Origin: an uncultured bacterium | GTDB lineage: Bacteria; Krumholzibacteriota; Krumholzibacteriia; WVZY01; JAKEHA01 | DNA length: 36,023 nucleotides | Assembly (NCBI GenBank): GCA_964500785.1 | Contig: CAZCQM010000003.1 | Location: forward strand, 1-36,023 | Direction: 5' to 3' | Part shown: positions 17,019 through 26,442 of the stretch, one piece after another | Numbering within the stretch: the first letter of the stretch is position 1 | Layout of the letters: each line of letters begins with the position of its first letter | Program-made: the position numbers and the translations under genes | The notes under the pieces: generated by a model | The model's input: the letters and a program-made list of their open reading frames with translations, nothing else | What the model was told of the DNA's origin: nothing | Databases searched by the model: none

Positions 17019-20000
17019 TCAGGCCCGTCGCAGCGTCAGCGTCGCTTCCGCGCCCTTTCCGCCGGCCACATTCTCGATGGTCACGTCACCGCCCATCTGG
17101 CGCGAGAGTGAGCGGCAGATCGCGAGTCCCAGCCCCGTCCCCGTCGTCTTGGTGGAGAAGTAGGGCTCGAAGAGCCGTCGCGCGGCTTCGCCGTCCAGCC
17201 CGGGACCGGTGTCGCGGAACACGACGCGGACCACCGGCACACCGTCCTCCGTCGCCTCCGAGCACCCGACCCGCAGCTCTCCCCCTTGCGGTCCCATCGC
17301 CTCGAGCGCGTTCTCGATCAGGTTCGTGCAGATCTTGCGCACCGCCTCCGCGTCGATCAGCACGCGCGCGTCCGCCACGCCGTTGTCGTAGTGCACGCGC
17401 ACGCCCGAGGCGTTGTTCTCGTAGGGGGTCACGATCTGGCGGACGAGCGGGTCGATCTCCTCGGCCTTGACCTCGAGCTGCTGCATGCGCCCGAAGCTCG
17501 AGAACTCGCCCGCGATGCGCTTGAGCACATCCACCTGATGGATGATCGTCTCGGTGCCCTCGTTGAAGATGCGCTCGAACTCCTCGGGCTTCTGCACGTA
17601 CGCGCGGCGCATGAACTGCGTGGAGATGCGGATGGGGGTCAGCGGGTTCTTGATCTCGTGCGCGATCTGCCGCGCCATCTCCACCCACGCCGAGAGCTTC
17701 TTGGACTGGATCAGCTCGGTGAGATCCTCGAACACGAGCACGGTCCCGAAGGGGCGCCCTTCGGTCTCGAGATGCGTGCGCATGAACTTGACCGTGCCGC
17801 GTCCACCCTCGGTCTCCACCTCGATCTCGCCCGAGTCGAATCCGGGGCGCGCCGAGGCGCTCGCATCGAGCAGCGAGAAGATGCGTTGTGCGCGGCCGGA
17901 GCCGGCGAGCTCGGCTCCGGTGCGCCCGATCGCGTCCGTGGAGTTCACGCCGGTGATGCGCTCGGCGGCGGAGTTCACCGTGCGCACGCGCCCTTCGGCG
18001 TCGGTGCTGATGACCCCGGCGCCGATGCTCTCCAGGATCGCTTCGAGGTACCGGCGTCGCTCTTCGAGCGCGCGTTGCGACTCGGCGATGCGCTGCGTCA
18101 TCTCGTTGAAGGCGACCGCGACGATGCCCACCTCGTCGGCGCGTTCCTCGCGCAGGCGGACGTTGAAATCCCCCTGGCTGATGCGGCGCGTGCCCGCCAC
18201 CAGCTCGCGCAGCGGCTCGAACACACCCCGCGCCACCACCAGGCCGAGCGCGATGGTGGCCGCGAGCAGCAACGCGAATAGTCCCAGGATTACCGACGTC
18301 GCGCGCTGCACCTCCAGCGAGTACGACTCGGGGCGGAACAACAGCGGCACCGCGAGTGCCGCACGCGTGGGGTCGGGAGCGAGGACGGTCGAATCGGCCG
18401 CGATGCTGCGCCAGTGGTCCACGGGGAGGTACGCCACCTGGAAGTTGTAGCTGCCCGCGCGTTCGGTGCCGAGCGAGCGCTCCGATCCCAGCAGCGACAC
18501 CTCGACGAACGCCTCCGCGTTCATGGTGGCACTGATGAACCCGCCGGCGAGCAATCCCTCGCGGCTCGACGCCACCAGCTCGCCGTCGACGTACACGTTG
18601 ACGTCGGAACCCACCTGCTCGGCGATCTCGGCCAGCAGATCGGAATCGATCGCGCGACCGTAGTAGAGGTAATACCCGCCGACCCACCCGTCGCGCGTGA
18701 CGCGCAGCGGCGCGCTGAACACCCCGACGTACGACATGCCGTCGATGGTGCACACGGCGAGATCCTCGGTGGACGCATCCGCGATCGATCCCACCACGGG
18801 TGCCATCAACGTACCCGGATCCGGCAGCGTGGCGTCGTCGAAGAGGGCCGCGACGCGGTGCCCGCCCAGCCGCTTCACGGGCGGCGCGTCGGCGGCGACC
18901 AGCCGGGTGAGGTCGGCGCGGCTCAAATAGAACTGGAGCTCGCCGTGCAGGATGTTGACGAACGCCTTGCGCGCGCTGAACGCCTTTACGGAGGCTTCGT
19001 CGCGGCTTTCCTCGACGAAACGCCCCTTGATGAAGTCCACCGAGAACAGCCCCAGAATGACCACCGGCGCGAGCGCCACCACCAGGAACGACGCGAGCAG
19101 CTTCTGCTGGAAGCCCAGGCGGCGCCCCGGCGTCAGCGAGGGCAGGATGCGACTGAAGCGCGGCATGGCCCCGAGAATCAGCACCGCCACGATCAGCACC
19201 AGCGAGTAGAACAGGTAGAGCGACAGCAGCGTGGACCAGCGCAACAGGTGCCGCGCGGGAGACGGGACCGCAAAGCCCGCGAGCAGCTGGCCCTGCTGCT
19301 CGTCCGTGTCGAGCGCCACGACGCGGTAGTTGCGCCGGGACGAGCGCAGCAGCGGCCACTGGCGGTCCTTCGCGCGTTCCAGAACGAGTGGGCTCACACG
19401 CGTCCCCACCGCAAGCTGCTCCGACGACGATTCGGTGACGCGCCGGTTGCGATCCACGCGCGCCAGCAGCAGCGCTTCCGGCTCTTCCACGCGCGGGGCG
19501 ACCCCGCCCTCCTGCACGTTGCGCAGGACTTCCGGTGTTCGCGGCCCGGTGCGCGCCGCCAGCTCGAGGCTCCCGAAGAAGAAGGGGACGTCGATGATCA
19601 CCTTGCCGAGCAGCCGGCCCGGCGACGCCGCCCTCTCGTAGATGTCGTTCTCTTCGACGTTGAGGATGCCGCGGTAGAAACGCACCACGCCCTGCGGCGT
19701 CGAGCGGGTGAGGTCGAGCACCGCCCACTGCTCTCCGTCGGGCGTGTCGGTGCGCTCGCCGCCTTCGGTGATGCGCGCGCGGTAGGGCATGTCGACGGCG
19801 AACTGGCTGATGACGCTGTCCGCGGCGTCGACCACGTGGATAGCGCAACTGTACCCGAGCAGGCTGAAGGGACTGTCGGCCCACAGGTCGAACGCGAGGC
19901 GCTCGATGCCGACCGACGGATTGCGCATGGCCTGGCGGATGTCGTGCCGCTGCGCGTACTCGCCGAGGACGTCTTCCAGGATCACGACCTTCCAGTTGTC

Positions 20001-22028
20001 GCCGGGATTGCTGATCTCGCCCGACTTCTCGAGCACGAAGCTCTTGCGCAGCTCGTCGTAGTCGCGGTTGAGGTAGACGTACGCGGAGGCCGACGACACC
20101 ACCACCAGGCAGAAGGCGACGATCCCGAACGAGACCAGGTCCTCGCGCCGGACCACGCGCGGCGCGACGATCACGAACAACACGATCAACGCCGAGAGGC
20201 CGACGGGGTCCCAGCGGTGCATCACCATCCCCGCCACCATGACCAACGCGAACGCGGCCAGGTTCGTGCGTCCGCCGCGGGCGTTGCCGGTCGCGCGCAG
20301 CAATCCCCAGATCAAGAACGCCGCGGCCAGGACGATCCCCGTCACCATCAGAAAGATGCCGACGTGCAGCACAATGACGCTCACGTCGGTGAGGGTCATG
20401 CTGTCGCCCAGAAGGCGCGGGTTGGCGTTGACCACGACGGTGTTGGTCAACCGGCGCACCAGCTCGCACGCGCCGATCAGAACCCCGGCGATCGCGACCG
20501 CTTCGACCGCCATCACCCACGCCGGCGCGCGGCGGCGCGCGCCGGGCTGCGCCGTATCCAGCCAGTCGCGCACGATGCGAACCAGCCCGTAGATCAACAC
20601 GACGAAGAAGACGGCGGTCACCGCGAGATCCAGCGTACTGCGCAGGAGCCCGCCCAGCGTCGGGGTGGCGAAGACGGACGGATCGAGGAGGCGCGCGTGC
20701 GTCCACGCGCCGCGCGAGGCGAACGAGAGCAGGGAGTACCGGAGTGCCACCATGAAGGCGGCGAAGAGACCCACCCGCGCCAGCGTGGCGCGTCCCGTGC
20801 TCGCGGCCGGGATCCAGCGCATCAGCTGGACGAACATGGCGAACAGGGCGAGCAGTGCCAGCACCCGCGCCGTCGCCGCCTGGCGCGCCGATCGAACCTG
20901 GAGGTAGTGCGAGAACGGATGCCCGACGGCGGTGACGTTGATCAGCGGATTGCCGACGTGACTGCGAACCAGCACGCGCCCCTGCATGCCGCTGGCCGCC
21001 GTTCCGACGATCTCACCCTGCGGCTCGACGTTCTTCGGGAAATCGAAGTAGGTCATCACCGAGTCGCGCCGGGTGGGCGCCGGCTCACCGCCCGCCGTCG
21101 TGTCGCCGGCGGCGGGTTCGTCTCGGCGGCCGGCGGCGGCGTCCAGCATGCGCACGCGCCGCGCCGCTTCCTGCGCCGCCTGTTCGCGCAGCCTCGGGAG
21201 CCGCTCGGGGAGGTTTCCGGTCGCAGGGTAGTAGTCGAAGCTGACGCGCGCCACCGATCCACTGGGAATGTGGTCGGCGAGGCTCGAGCTCTTGAGGAAG
21301 CGGTTGTTGACGCGGTAGTCCACTTCGAGCGGCATGTCGACCAGGAGCGCACCCGCGGGCGATCCATCGGCGGCGGCGACGGGAACGATCTGCGAGAGGA
21401 TGTGGTAGAGCGAGACGCTGCGCGTGTAGACGAGGTCCGTCCCGTTGGCGATGAACATGCGGTCGAGGAGCGATACCGACTGCGGCCAGCCCGCCCACGC
21501 CACCCGTTCGCCGGTCTCGTCGAAATACTGGAGACCGATCGCGGTTCCCGACGCGAGTGACTTGCCGTGGGCCGCGGATTGCGCCAGCGAGTCGAGCAGC
21601 GCGAAGGCCGCGGTGCGATCGCCGGGGTCGATGTCGCGCAGGCGGTCCGTCGCGCGCGCACCGAGGGCGGTGGAGAGGTCCTCGAGCCGGCGGAGCTGGA
21701 TCCCCGCCTCGCGGAGGGTTTCGGCGACGTGCACGGACGACTCGCGCCGCCAGTGCTGCTCGGTGCGCGGGTCGTTGCGCGGGGGCAGCTCGAGGAACGC
21801 CAGCGAGACCGCCGTCAGCGTGATCGCGGTCCAGAGGGCGGGACTCGACCGGACGCCCGCGCGCGCGGCGCGGAGCAGCCCGCCCGCCGCGATGAGCAGC
21901 ACCGCGATCGCCCACGCCGGCATCCACGCCAGCCAGGGGCTGGCGGCGAGGGAGTGAAAGAACAACCCCGCCCACGCGCCGGCGAGGCACGTGATCGCGA
22001 TGATAAGAAGAAGGCGATGGGTCCGCAT
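17019..22028 (-). CDS. Large multi-TM sensor histidine kinase (NtrY-like HAMP-PAS-HisKA-HATPase core)
   Basis: HAMP (PLRELVAGTRRISQGDF...DEVG...FNEM); PAS (ILESIGAGVISTD.EGRV..VNSAAE); H-box MARQIAHEIKNPLTP; N-box NLIENA; DTGPG; LFEPYFSTK; GTGLGLAI. Confidence 0.93.
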   Translation of the reverse strand: MRTHRLLLIIAITCLAGAWAGLFFHSLAASPWLAWMPAWAIAVLLIAAGGLLRAARAGVRSSPALWTAITLTAVSLAFLELPPRNDPRTEQHWRRESSVHVAETLREAGIQLRRLEDLSTALGARATDRLRDIDPGDRTAAFALLDSLAQSAAHGKSLASGTAIGLQYFDETGERVAWAGWPQSVSLLDRMFIANGTDLVYTRSVSLYHILSQIVPVAAADGSPAGALLVDMPLEVDYRVNNRFLKSSSLADHIPSGSVARVSFDYYPATGNLPERLPRLREQAAQEAARRVRMLDAAAGRRDEPAAGDTTAGGEPAPTRRDSVMTYFDFPKNVEPQGEIVGTAASGMQGRVLVRSHVGNPLINVTAVGHPFSHYLQVRSARQAATARVLALLALFAMFVQLMRWIPAASTGRATLARVGLFAAFMVALRYSLLSFASRGAWTHARLLDPSVFATPTLGGLLRSTLDLAVTAVFFVVLIYGLVRIVRDWLDTAQPGARRRAPAWVMAVEAVAIAGVLIGACELVRRLTNTVVVNANPRLLGDSMTLTDVSVIVLHVGIFLMVTGIVLAAAFLIWGLLRATGNARGGRTNLAAFALVMVAGMVMHRWDPVGLSALIVLFVIVAPRVVRREDLVSFGIVAFCLVVVSSASAYVYLNRDYDELRKSFVLEKSGEISNPGDNWKVVILEDVLGEYAQRHDIRQAMRNPSVGIERLAFDLWADSPFSLLGYSCAIHVVDAADSVISQFAVDMPYRARITEGGERTDTPDGEQWAVLDLTRSTPQGVVRFYRGILNVEENDIYERAASPGRLLGKVIIDVPFFFGSLELAARTGPRTPEVLRNVQEGGVAPRVEEPEALLLARVDRNRRVTESSSEQLAVGTRVSPLVLERAKDRQWPLLRSSRRNYRVVALDTDEQQGQLLAGFAVPSPARHLLRWSTLLSLYLFYSLVLIVAVLILGAMPRFSRILPSLTPGRRLGFQQKLLASFLVVALAPVVILGLFSVDFIKGRFVEESRDEASVKAFSARKAFVNILHGELQFYLSRADLTRLVAADAPPVKRLGGHRVAALFDDATLPDPGTLMAPVVGSIADASTEDLAVCTIDGMSYVGVFSAPLRVTRDGWVGGYYLYYGRAIDSDLLAEIAEQVGSDVNVYVDGELVASSREGLLAGGFISATMNAEAFVEVSLLGSERSLGTERAGSYNFQVAYLPVDHWRSIAADSTVLAPDPTRAALAVPLLFRPESYSLEVQRATSVILGLFALLLAATIALGLVVARGVFEPLRELVAGTRRISQGDFNVRLREERADEVGIVAVAFNEMTQRIAESQRALEERRRYLEAILESIGAGVISTDAEGRVRTVNSAAERITGVNSTDAIGRTGAELAGSGRAQRIFSLLDASASARPGFDSGEIEVETEGGRGTVKFMRTHLETEGRPFGTVLVFEDLTELIQSKKLSAWVEMARQIAHEIKNPLTPIRISTQFMRRAYVQKPEEFERIFNEGTETIIHQVDVLKRIAGEFSSFGRMQQLEVKAEEIDPLVRQIVTPYENNASGVRVHYDNGVADARVLIDAEAVRKICTNLIENALEAMGPQGGELRVGCSEATEDGVPVVRVVFRDTGPGLDGEAARRLFEPYFSTKTTGTGLGLAICRSLSRQMGGDVTIENVAGGKGAEATLTLRRA

Positions 22029-22056
22029 CCTGGGTCACCGGTCAGCCGGCGCGGAC

Positions 22057-22065
22057 AGCATAGCA
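22057..22065 (-). promoter_or_regulatory. Putative extended -10 promoter for the kinase
   Basis: TGcTATGCT in the intergenic gap, about 28 nt before the ATG. Confidence 0.4.
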
Positions 22066-22096
22066 CGACGCGGGGCGCGTCGAACGGGTGGGACCG

Positions 22097-22669
22097 TCAC
22101 CGGATCGACTTGATCTCGTCCACCACCCACCGCGGATGGTCATCGTCGGTTTCCAGGTGCAGGGAGACGTACACCTTGTCCTTGAAGAGGCGGCCGTCGT
22201 CGGTCTTCTGGTACTGGCGCTCCGCGATGGCGAACGACTGCCCGTCCTCGTCGGTCGGCTTTCGGAACTGCGTGAACTCGAACTTCTTGGTGGTGGTGTA
22301 GCGGAAGAGGTCCTTGAGCAGGTAGTAGCTCTGGTTGCGGGAGAAGCTGCCGCCCGACGGCCCCGTCCCCTCGAGCGAGATCGCCACCTTCTGCGAGCCG
22401 AAGTGGCGCAGGATCACGTCGACGTTGCGGGAGTTCCAGCCCCGTTCGATGTCGGCGAAGACGTCCATCGGCCCGTCCCCGGTCTTGCGGTTCCGTGCCT
22501 CCGGGGGCAACGCCTCGTCGGTCGCGCGGACGATGCTGTCGGCCGACGCAATCGGGCCATCAATCGATCTTGCATGCACTTGCGCCGCCCCGGGCAGCCA
22601 GAACACAACCACCCCGGCCAGGAGCGCGGCGCCCATCGCCGGCAGGAATCTGCAAGTACGGGTCCCCAT
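22097..22669 (-). CDS. Secreted DUF4783-like (NTF2-like) protein
   Basis: Signal peptide; IERGWNSRNVDVILRHF...VAISL...FSRNQSYYLLKDLF...F.F...WVVDEI resembles DUF4783. Confidence 0.65.
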   Translation of the reverse strand: MGTRTCRFLPAMGAALLAGVVVFWLPGAAQVHARSIDGPIASADSIVRATDEALPPEARNRKTGDGPMDVFADIERGWNSRNVDVILRHFGSQKVAISLEGTGPSGGSFSRNQSYYLLKDLFRYTTTKKFEFTQFRKPTDEDGQSFAIAERQYQKTDDGRLFKDKVYVSLHLETDDDHPRWVVDEIKSIR

Positions 22670-22695
22670 GGTGTGGACCTAAATAGTGGCATGAT

Positions 22696-22711
22696 TGCAA
22701 GGCACGTGCCC
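22696..22711 (-). promoter_or_regulatory. Putative sigma54 (-24/-12) promoter
   Basis: GGGCACGTGCCTTGCA, one mismatch from TGGCACG-N4-TTGCA; lies 26 nt upstream of ATG 22669. Confidence 0.75.
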
Positions 22712-22762
22712 CGCCGGTCCCCGTTGTGGGGTAACGAGTTACGGGCGACGGCCGTGCGAATA

Positions 22763-22802
22763 TGTCCCCGATTGGGGACGGCGGTGTCTATGGAAGGGGA
22801 CA
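22763..22802. promoter_or_regulatory. Two tandem 18-bp palindromic enhancer-like sites
   Basis: TGTCCCCGATTGGGGACG (22763-22780) and TGTCTATGGAAGGGGACA (22785-22802); centres 22 bp apart. Confidence 0.6.
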
Positions 22803-22917
22803 AAGGGGCGCTCCCGCGCGGGTGGCATCGAGGCGGGGCCCCCGCGAGGCGCAGCCGCGGGGTGGCGAGATGACAGGACCCGCGCGGCCACCGAGAAGAG
22901 ACTGTGCGAGAGGAGGG

Positions 22918-23820
22918 CTATTTGACCTTCTTCGGCTTGCGGTGCTGCCACTCGATCAGCACCGGCGCCGCGATGAAGATCGAGGAGTAGGTCCCGACGA
23001 CGACGCCCACGGTGAGCGTCAGGGCGAAGTCGCGGATGACCTCGCCGCCGAAGGCGAGCAGCGCGACCAGAGCAAGGAGCGTGGTCCCGGCCGTGATGAC
23101 GGTTCGGGAGAGCGTCTCGTTGATCGACGAGTTCACCAGCGCATCGAAGTTCTCGCGCCGCCGCACCGCCAGATTTTCGCGGATCCGGTCGAAGACGACG
23201 ATGGTGTCGTTGAGCGAATACCCCACGATCGTGAGCAGGGCCGCGATCACCGGGAGCGAGATCTCCATGTCCATGAAGGAGAAGAACGCCAGCGTGAACA
23301 ATACGTCGTGCGCGGTGGCGATGATCGACGCCACGGCGAAACGGAAGTCGAACCGCCAACCGACGTAGATGAGAATCCCGATCAGCGAGTAGATCACCGC
23401 CCAGAACGCCGCGGTGCGAAGCTCCGAGCCGATCTTGGGGCCGACGGATTCGACGCGCCGGATGTCCACCGTTTGACCGCCGATGCCGGTCGAGACGGCG
23501 TGCTTGATGACGAGCGCCACCGAATCGGGGGCGACGTCGGTGCTCTTGACCTTGATGAGAAAGTCATCCGCCTCACCGAAGCGCGTGATCTCCGCGCCCG
23601 GATAGCCGGCTTTCGACACCACCGAGCGGATCTCCGACACCGGGAGGGGCTTCTCCACCCCGATCTCCACCAGCGCACCGCCGGCGAAATCGATCGAGGA
23701 CCTGAACCCGCGGTGGAGGCCGATAGAGATGATCCCCGCCGCCAGGATGATGGCCGAGACGAGCATCGTCCGGCGACGAACGCCGGCGAAATCGAAATTC
23801 GTGCTTCCGAAAAACTGCAT
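22918..23820 (-). CDS. secF: Protein translocase subunit SecF
   Basis: IDFAGG, ESVGPKIGSEL, HDV, LTIVGYSLNDTIVVFDRIREN, SINETLSRT and GTYSSIFIA. Confidence 0.98.
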   Translation of the reverse strand: MQFFGSTNFDFAGVRRRTMLVSAIILAAGIISIGLHRGFRSSIDFAGGALVEIGVEKPLPVSEIRSVVSKAGYPGAEITRFGEADDFLIKVKSTDVAPDSVALVIKHAVSTGIGGQTVDIRRVESVGPKIGSELRTAAFWAVIYSLIGILIYVGWRFDFRFAVASIIATAHDVLFTLAFFSFMDMEISLPVIAALLTIVGYSLNDTIVVFDRIRENLAVRRRENFDALVNSSINETLSRTVITAGTTLLALVALLAFGGEVIRDFALTLTVGVVVGTYSSIFIAAPVLIEWQHRKPKKVK

Positions 23821-23836
23821 GACCGCTTTCCCCCGA

Positions 23837-25531
23837 CTAGATGCTCAGGCGCTCCATGTGGCGCCGGGCGGTGATGAGGTCGTAGACGACGCGCGTTACG
23901 AAGAGCGCCGTGAACATACTGGCCAGGATTCCCACGGTGAGCGTGGTCGCAAAGCCCTTGATGGGTCCGGTCCCGAACTGCCACAGAACGAACGCCGTGA
24001 TCAGCGTGGTCACGTTGGCGTCGAGAATCGTGGAGAACGCCTTGTCGTAACCGGCCTCGATGGAGGCGCGCACCGTCTTGGCGTGACGCACTTCTTCGCG
24101 GATGCGCTCGAAGATCAGCACGTTGGCGTCCACCGCCATGCCGATGGTGAGGATCAATCCCGCGATGCCGGGCATGGTGAGCGTGGCGCGCAGCGTCGCC
24201 ATCACGGCCAGGATCATGACCATGCACAGCACGAGCGCCCCGCACGCGAGGATGCCGGAGAGCCGGTAATAGATAATCATGAACACCAGCACCAGGACGA
24301 ATCCGGCGCCGGCGGCCTTCTTGCCCGAATCGATGGAGTCGCGGCCCAGCGTCGGACCCACCGTGCGCTCCTCGACGATCGAGACCGGCGCCGGCAGCGC
24401 ACCCGCGCGGAGCACGATGGCCAGGTCGCCCGCCTCCTCGTCGGAGCCGATGCCGGTGATGCGACCCTCGCCGCCCGGGATTTTGCTCTGGACGACGGGC
24501 GCCGAGCGCACCTTTCCGTCGAGCACGATGGCGATGCGACGGCCGATGTTCTCGCCGGTGAAGCGTGAAAAGATGATGGCGCCCTGGCGGTTAAGCCGGA
24601 AGCCGACGTTGAGGTGGCTGGGATCCTCGGGGTCGGGACGCGTCGTCGCGTCGACGAGCGTGCTGCCGTCGAGGGTTGCCTTCTTCTCGACCAGGTAGAG
24701 CAGCTTGCCCGTGCCGCCGCCCTGGATGGGCCGGTCCTCGAAGCTCCAGAGGAACTGCGAGTTGGCGGGAATGGCGCGCTGGGCCTGCTCGGTGTGCAGC
24801 AAGAGATCGACGGTCTCGACACGCCGCGAATCCACCACGACGCCGCCGTCGAAGTACGTCACCAGCAGCGACGTGAAGGGACGATCTCCGGACGCCTCGG
24901 GCAGCGGGACGTTGGCCTCACCCTGCTGGCCCGGCATCGCCGGCAGCAGCGAATCCACCGCCGCGGTGTCGACGCCGGCGGGCGTCGTGCCCGCGACCTG
25001 CGACTCTTCCGGGGTCTTGCCGACGCCCGAGGTGTCGACGACCGTGCCCGTGACCTTGACCCCGTAGAGGTTGCGGTCGAGGGCGGTCAGCACGCGTCGT
25101 ACTTCGTCCTGTTCGCGGACGAGTCGGAACTCGAGCCGGGCGGTCTGGTTCAGGATGCGGTGCGCGCGGTCGACGTCCTGGAGCCCCGGCAGCTCGACGA
25201 TGATGCGCCGGGTGCCCTGCTTCTGAATCGTGGGCTCGGCGACGCCGAACTGGTCGATACGGTTGCGGTAGATCTTGATGACGCGGTCGACGACGTCCTT
25301 CTTGGCGTTCTCGTCCAGCTTGGAATCGTCGACCTGCATGACGAGGTGAACGCCGCCCTGGAGGTCGAGACCGAGTTTGATGGCCTTGTCGATGTACTTG
25401 TCGCGCTGTTCACTCGTCAACCGGGCCTTGGCATCGGCGCTCAACGTGTAGAAGCGCACGCTGGGCAGGAGCGCCCAGACGCAGTAGCCGATGACCCCAA
25501 GAATGACGACCAGCTTCCAACGGGTCTTCAT
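23837..25531 (-). CDS. secD: Protein translocase subunit SecD
   Basis: KLGLDLQGG, RIDQFGVAEP.IQ, IIVELPG, IAIVLDG, LRAGALPAP, VGPTLG, GMAVDANVLIFERIREE and ILDANVTT. Confidence 0.98.
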   Translation of the reverse strand: MKTRWKLVVILGVIGYCVWALLPSVRFYTLSADAKARLTSEQRDKYIDKAIKLGLDLQGGVHLVMQVDDSKLDENAKKDVVDRVIKIYRNRIDQFGVAEPTIQKQGTRRIIVELPGLQDVDRAHRILNQTARLEFRLVREQDEVRRVLTALDRNLYGVKVTGTVVDTSGVGKTPEESQVAGTTPAGVDTAAVDSLLPAMPGQQGEANVPLPEASGDRPFTSLLVTYFDGGVVVDSRRVETVDLLLHTEQAQRAIPANSQFLWSFEDRPIQGGGTGKLLYLVEKKATLDGSTLVDATTRPDPEDPSHLNVGFRLNRQGAIIFSRFTGENIGRRIAIVLDGKVRSAPVVQSKIPGGEGRITGIGSDEEAGDLAIVLRAGALPAPVSIVEERTVGPTLGRDSIDSGKKAAGAGFVLVLVFMIIYYRLSGILACGALVLCMVMILAVMATLRATLTMPGIAGLILTIGMAVDANVLIFERIREEVRHAKTVRASIEAGYDKAFSTILDANVTTLITAFVLWQFGTGPIKGFATTLTVGILASMFTALFVTRVVYDLITARRHMERLSI

Positions 25532-25647
25532 CAGTACCTCTGACGTGATCTGTTTCGGGCGGACTCACACCCTCCCCAGGGTGATGCCGTTAAGTTTGGC
25601 GCCAGGAAATCCACGCGGGAGGGCGGTCGGGTCGGAAATAAGAGGGC

Positions 25648-25675
25648 ATTATACACGAACGGGTTGCGGGGTCAA
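25648..25675 (-). promoter_or_regulatory. Putative sigma70 promoter for secDF
   Basis: TTGACC (25675-25670), 16 nt spacer, TATAAT (25653-25648). Confidence 0.65.
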
Positions 25676-25710
25676 GGGGGCTGCGGACGGACCCGGCGGA
25701 CCCGGTCCGC

Positions 25711-26442
25711 CTAGACCCGCCCCAGCAGGTGGAGCATGTCCCGGACGGCCCGGTCGAGGCCCGTGAACACGGCGCGGGCGAGGATCGAGTGGCCGATATT
25801 GACCTCTTCCAGGTAGGGAATCTCCAGCATCCGGGTCACGTTGTGGTAGTCCAGCCCGTGGCCGGCGTGGACGCGCATGCCGAGGTGCCGGATGGCGTTG
25901 GCGGCATCCTTGAGCGCCCGGACCTCGTCCTCGACCTGGTGGCGCGGCGCGTTGGCGAAGGCCCCGGTGTGCATCTCGACGGCGTCGAAGCGGAAACGCG
26001 CGGCTTCCTGGATCTGGTTCAGGTCGGGGTCGAGGAAGGCGGTGACGAGGATCCCCGCGTCCTTGAGCGTCGCGACCAGCTCGCCCATGCTCGCCGAGGC
26101 GTCGACCAGGTTGAGGCCGCCCTCGGTGGTGATCTCCTCGCGCTTCTCGGGAACGATGCAGACCGCGTTGGGGCGGATCGCCAGCGCGATCTCCTGCATT
26201 TCGGCCGTGGCCGCCATCTCCATATTCAGGGCGGTCTTGACCACCTCTCGGATCAGGCGCACGTCGCGGTTCTGGATGTGCCGGCGATCCTCGCGCAGGT
26301 GGACGGTGATCTGGTCGGCGCCCGCCATCTCGGCCGCGGCGGCCGCGGAGACGGGGTCGGGCTCGACGGTCTTGCGCACCTCGCGCAGGGTCGCCACGTG
26401 GTCGACGTTCACTCCGAGTCGAATCAGCGGTCGTTCGGTCAT
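25711..26442 (-). CDS. pdxJ: Pyridoxine 5'-phosphate synthase
   Basis: LGVNVDHVATLR, ITVHLREDRRHI, VPEKREEITTEGGL, EMHTG, HAGHGL and EVNIGHSI. Start at ATG 26442, overlapping the upstream stop (ATGA). Confidence 0.98.
   Translation of the reverse strand: MTERPLIRLGVNVDHVATLREVRKTVEPDPVSAAAAAEMAGADQITVHLREDRRHIQNRDVRLIREVVKTALNMEMAATAEMQEIALAIRPNAVCIVPEKREEITTEGGLNLVDASASMGELVATLKDAGILVTAFLDPDLNQIQEAARFRFDAVEMHTGAFANAPRHQVEDEVRALKDAANAIRHLGMRVHAGHGLDYHNVTRMLEIPYLEEVNIGHSILARAVFTGLDRAVRDMLHLLGRV

Noticed and set aside
17086-21560. Very long alternative-frame ORFs (17086-20706 minus, 18414-21560 plus)
   Set aside because: Shadow ORFs of the kinase gene caused by high-GC codon bias; Arg/Ala/Gly-rich or antisense-frame composition with no recognisable motifs.
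25683-25710. GCGGAC/GTCCGC inverted repeat after pdxJ as an intrinsic terminator
   Set aside because: Short stem with no U-tract; expected by chance at this GC content.
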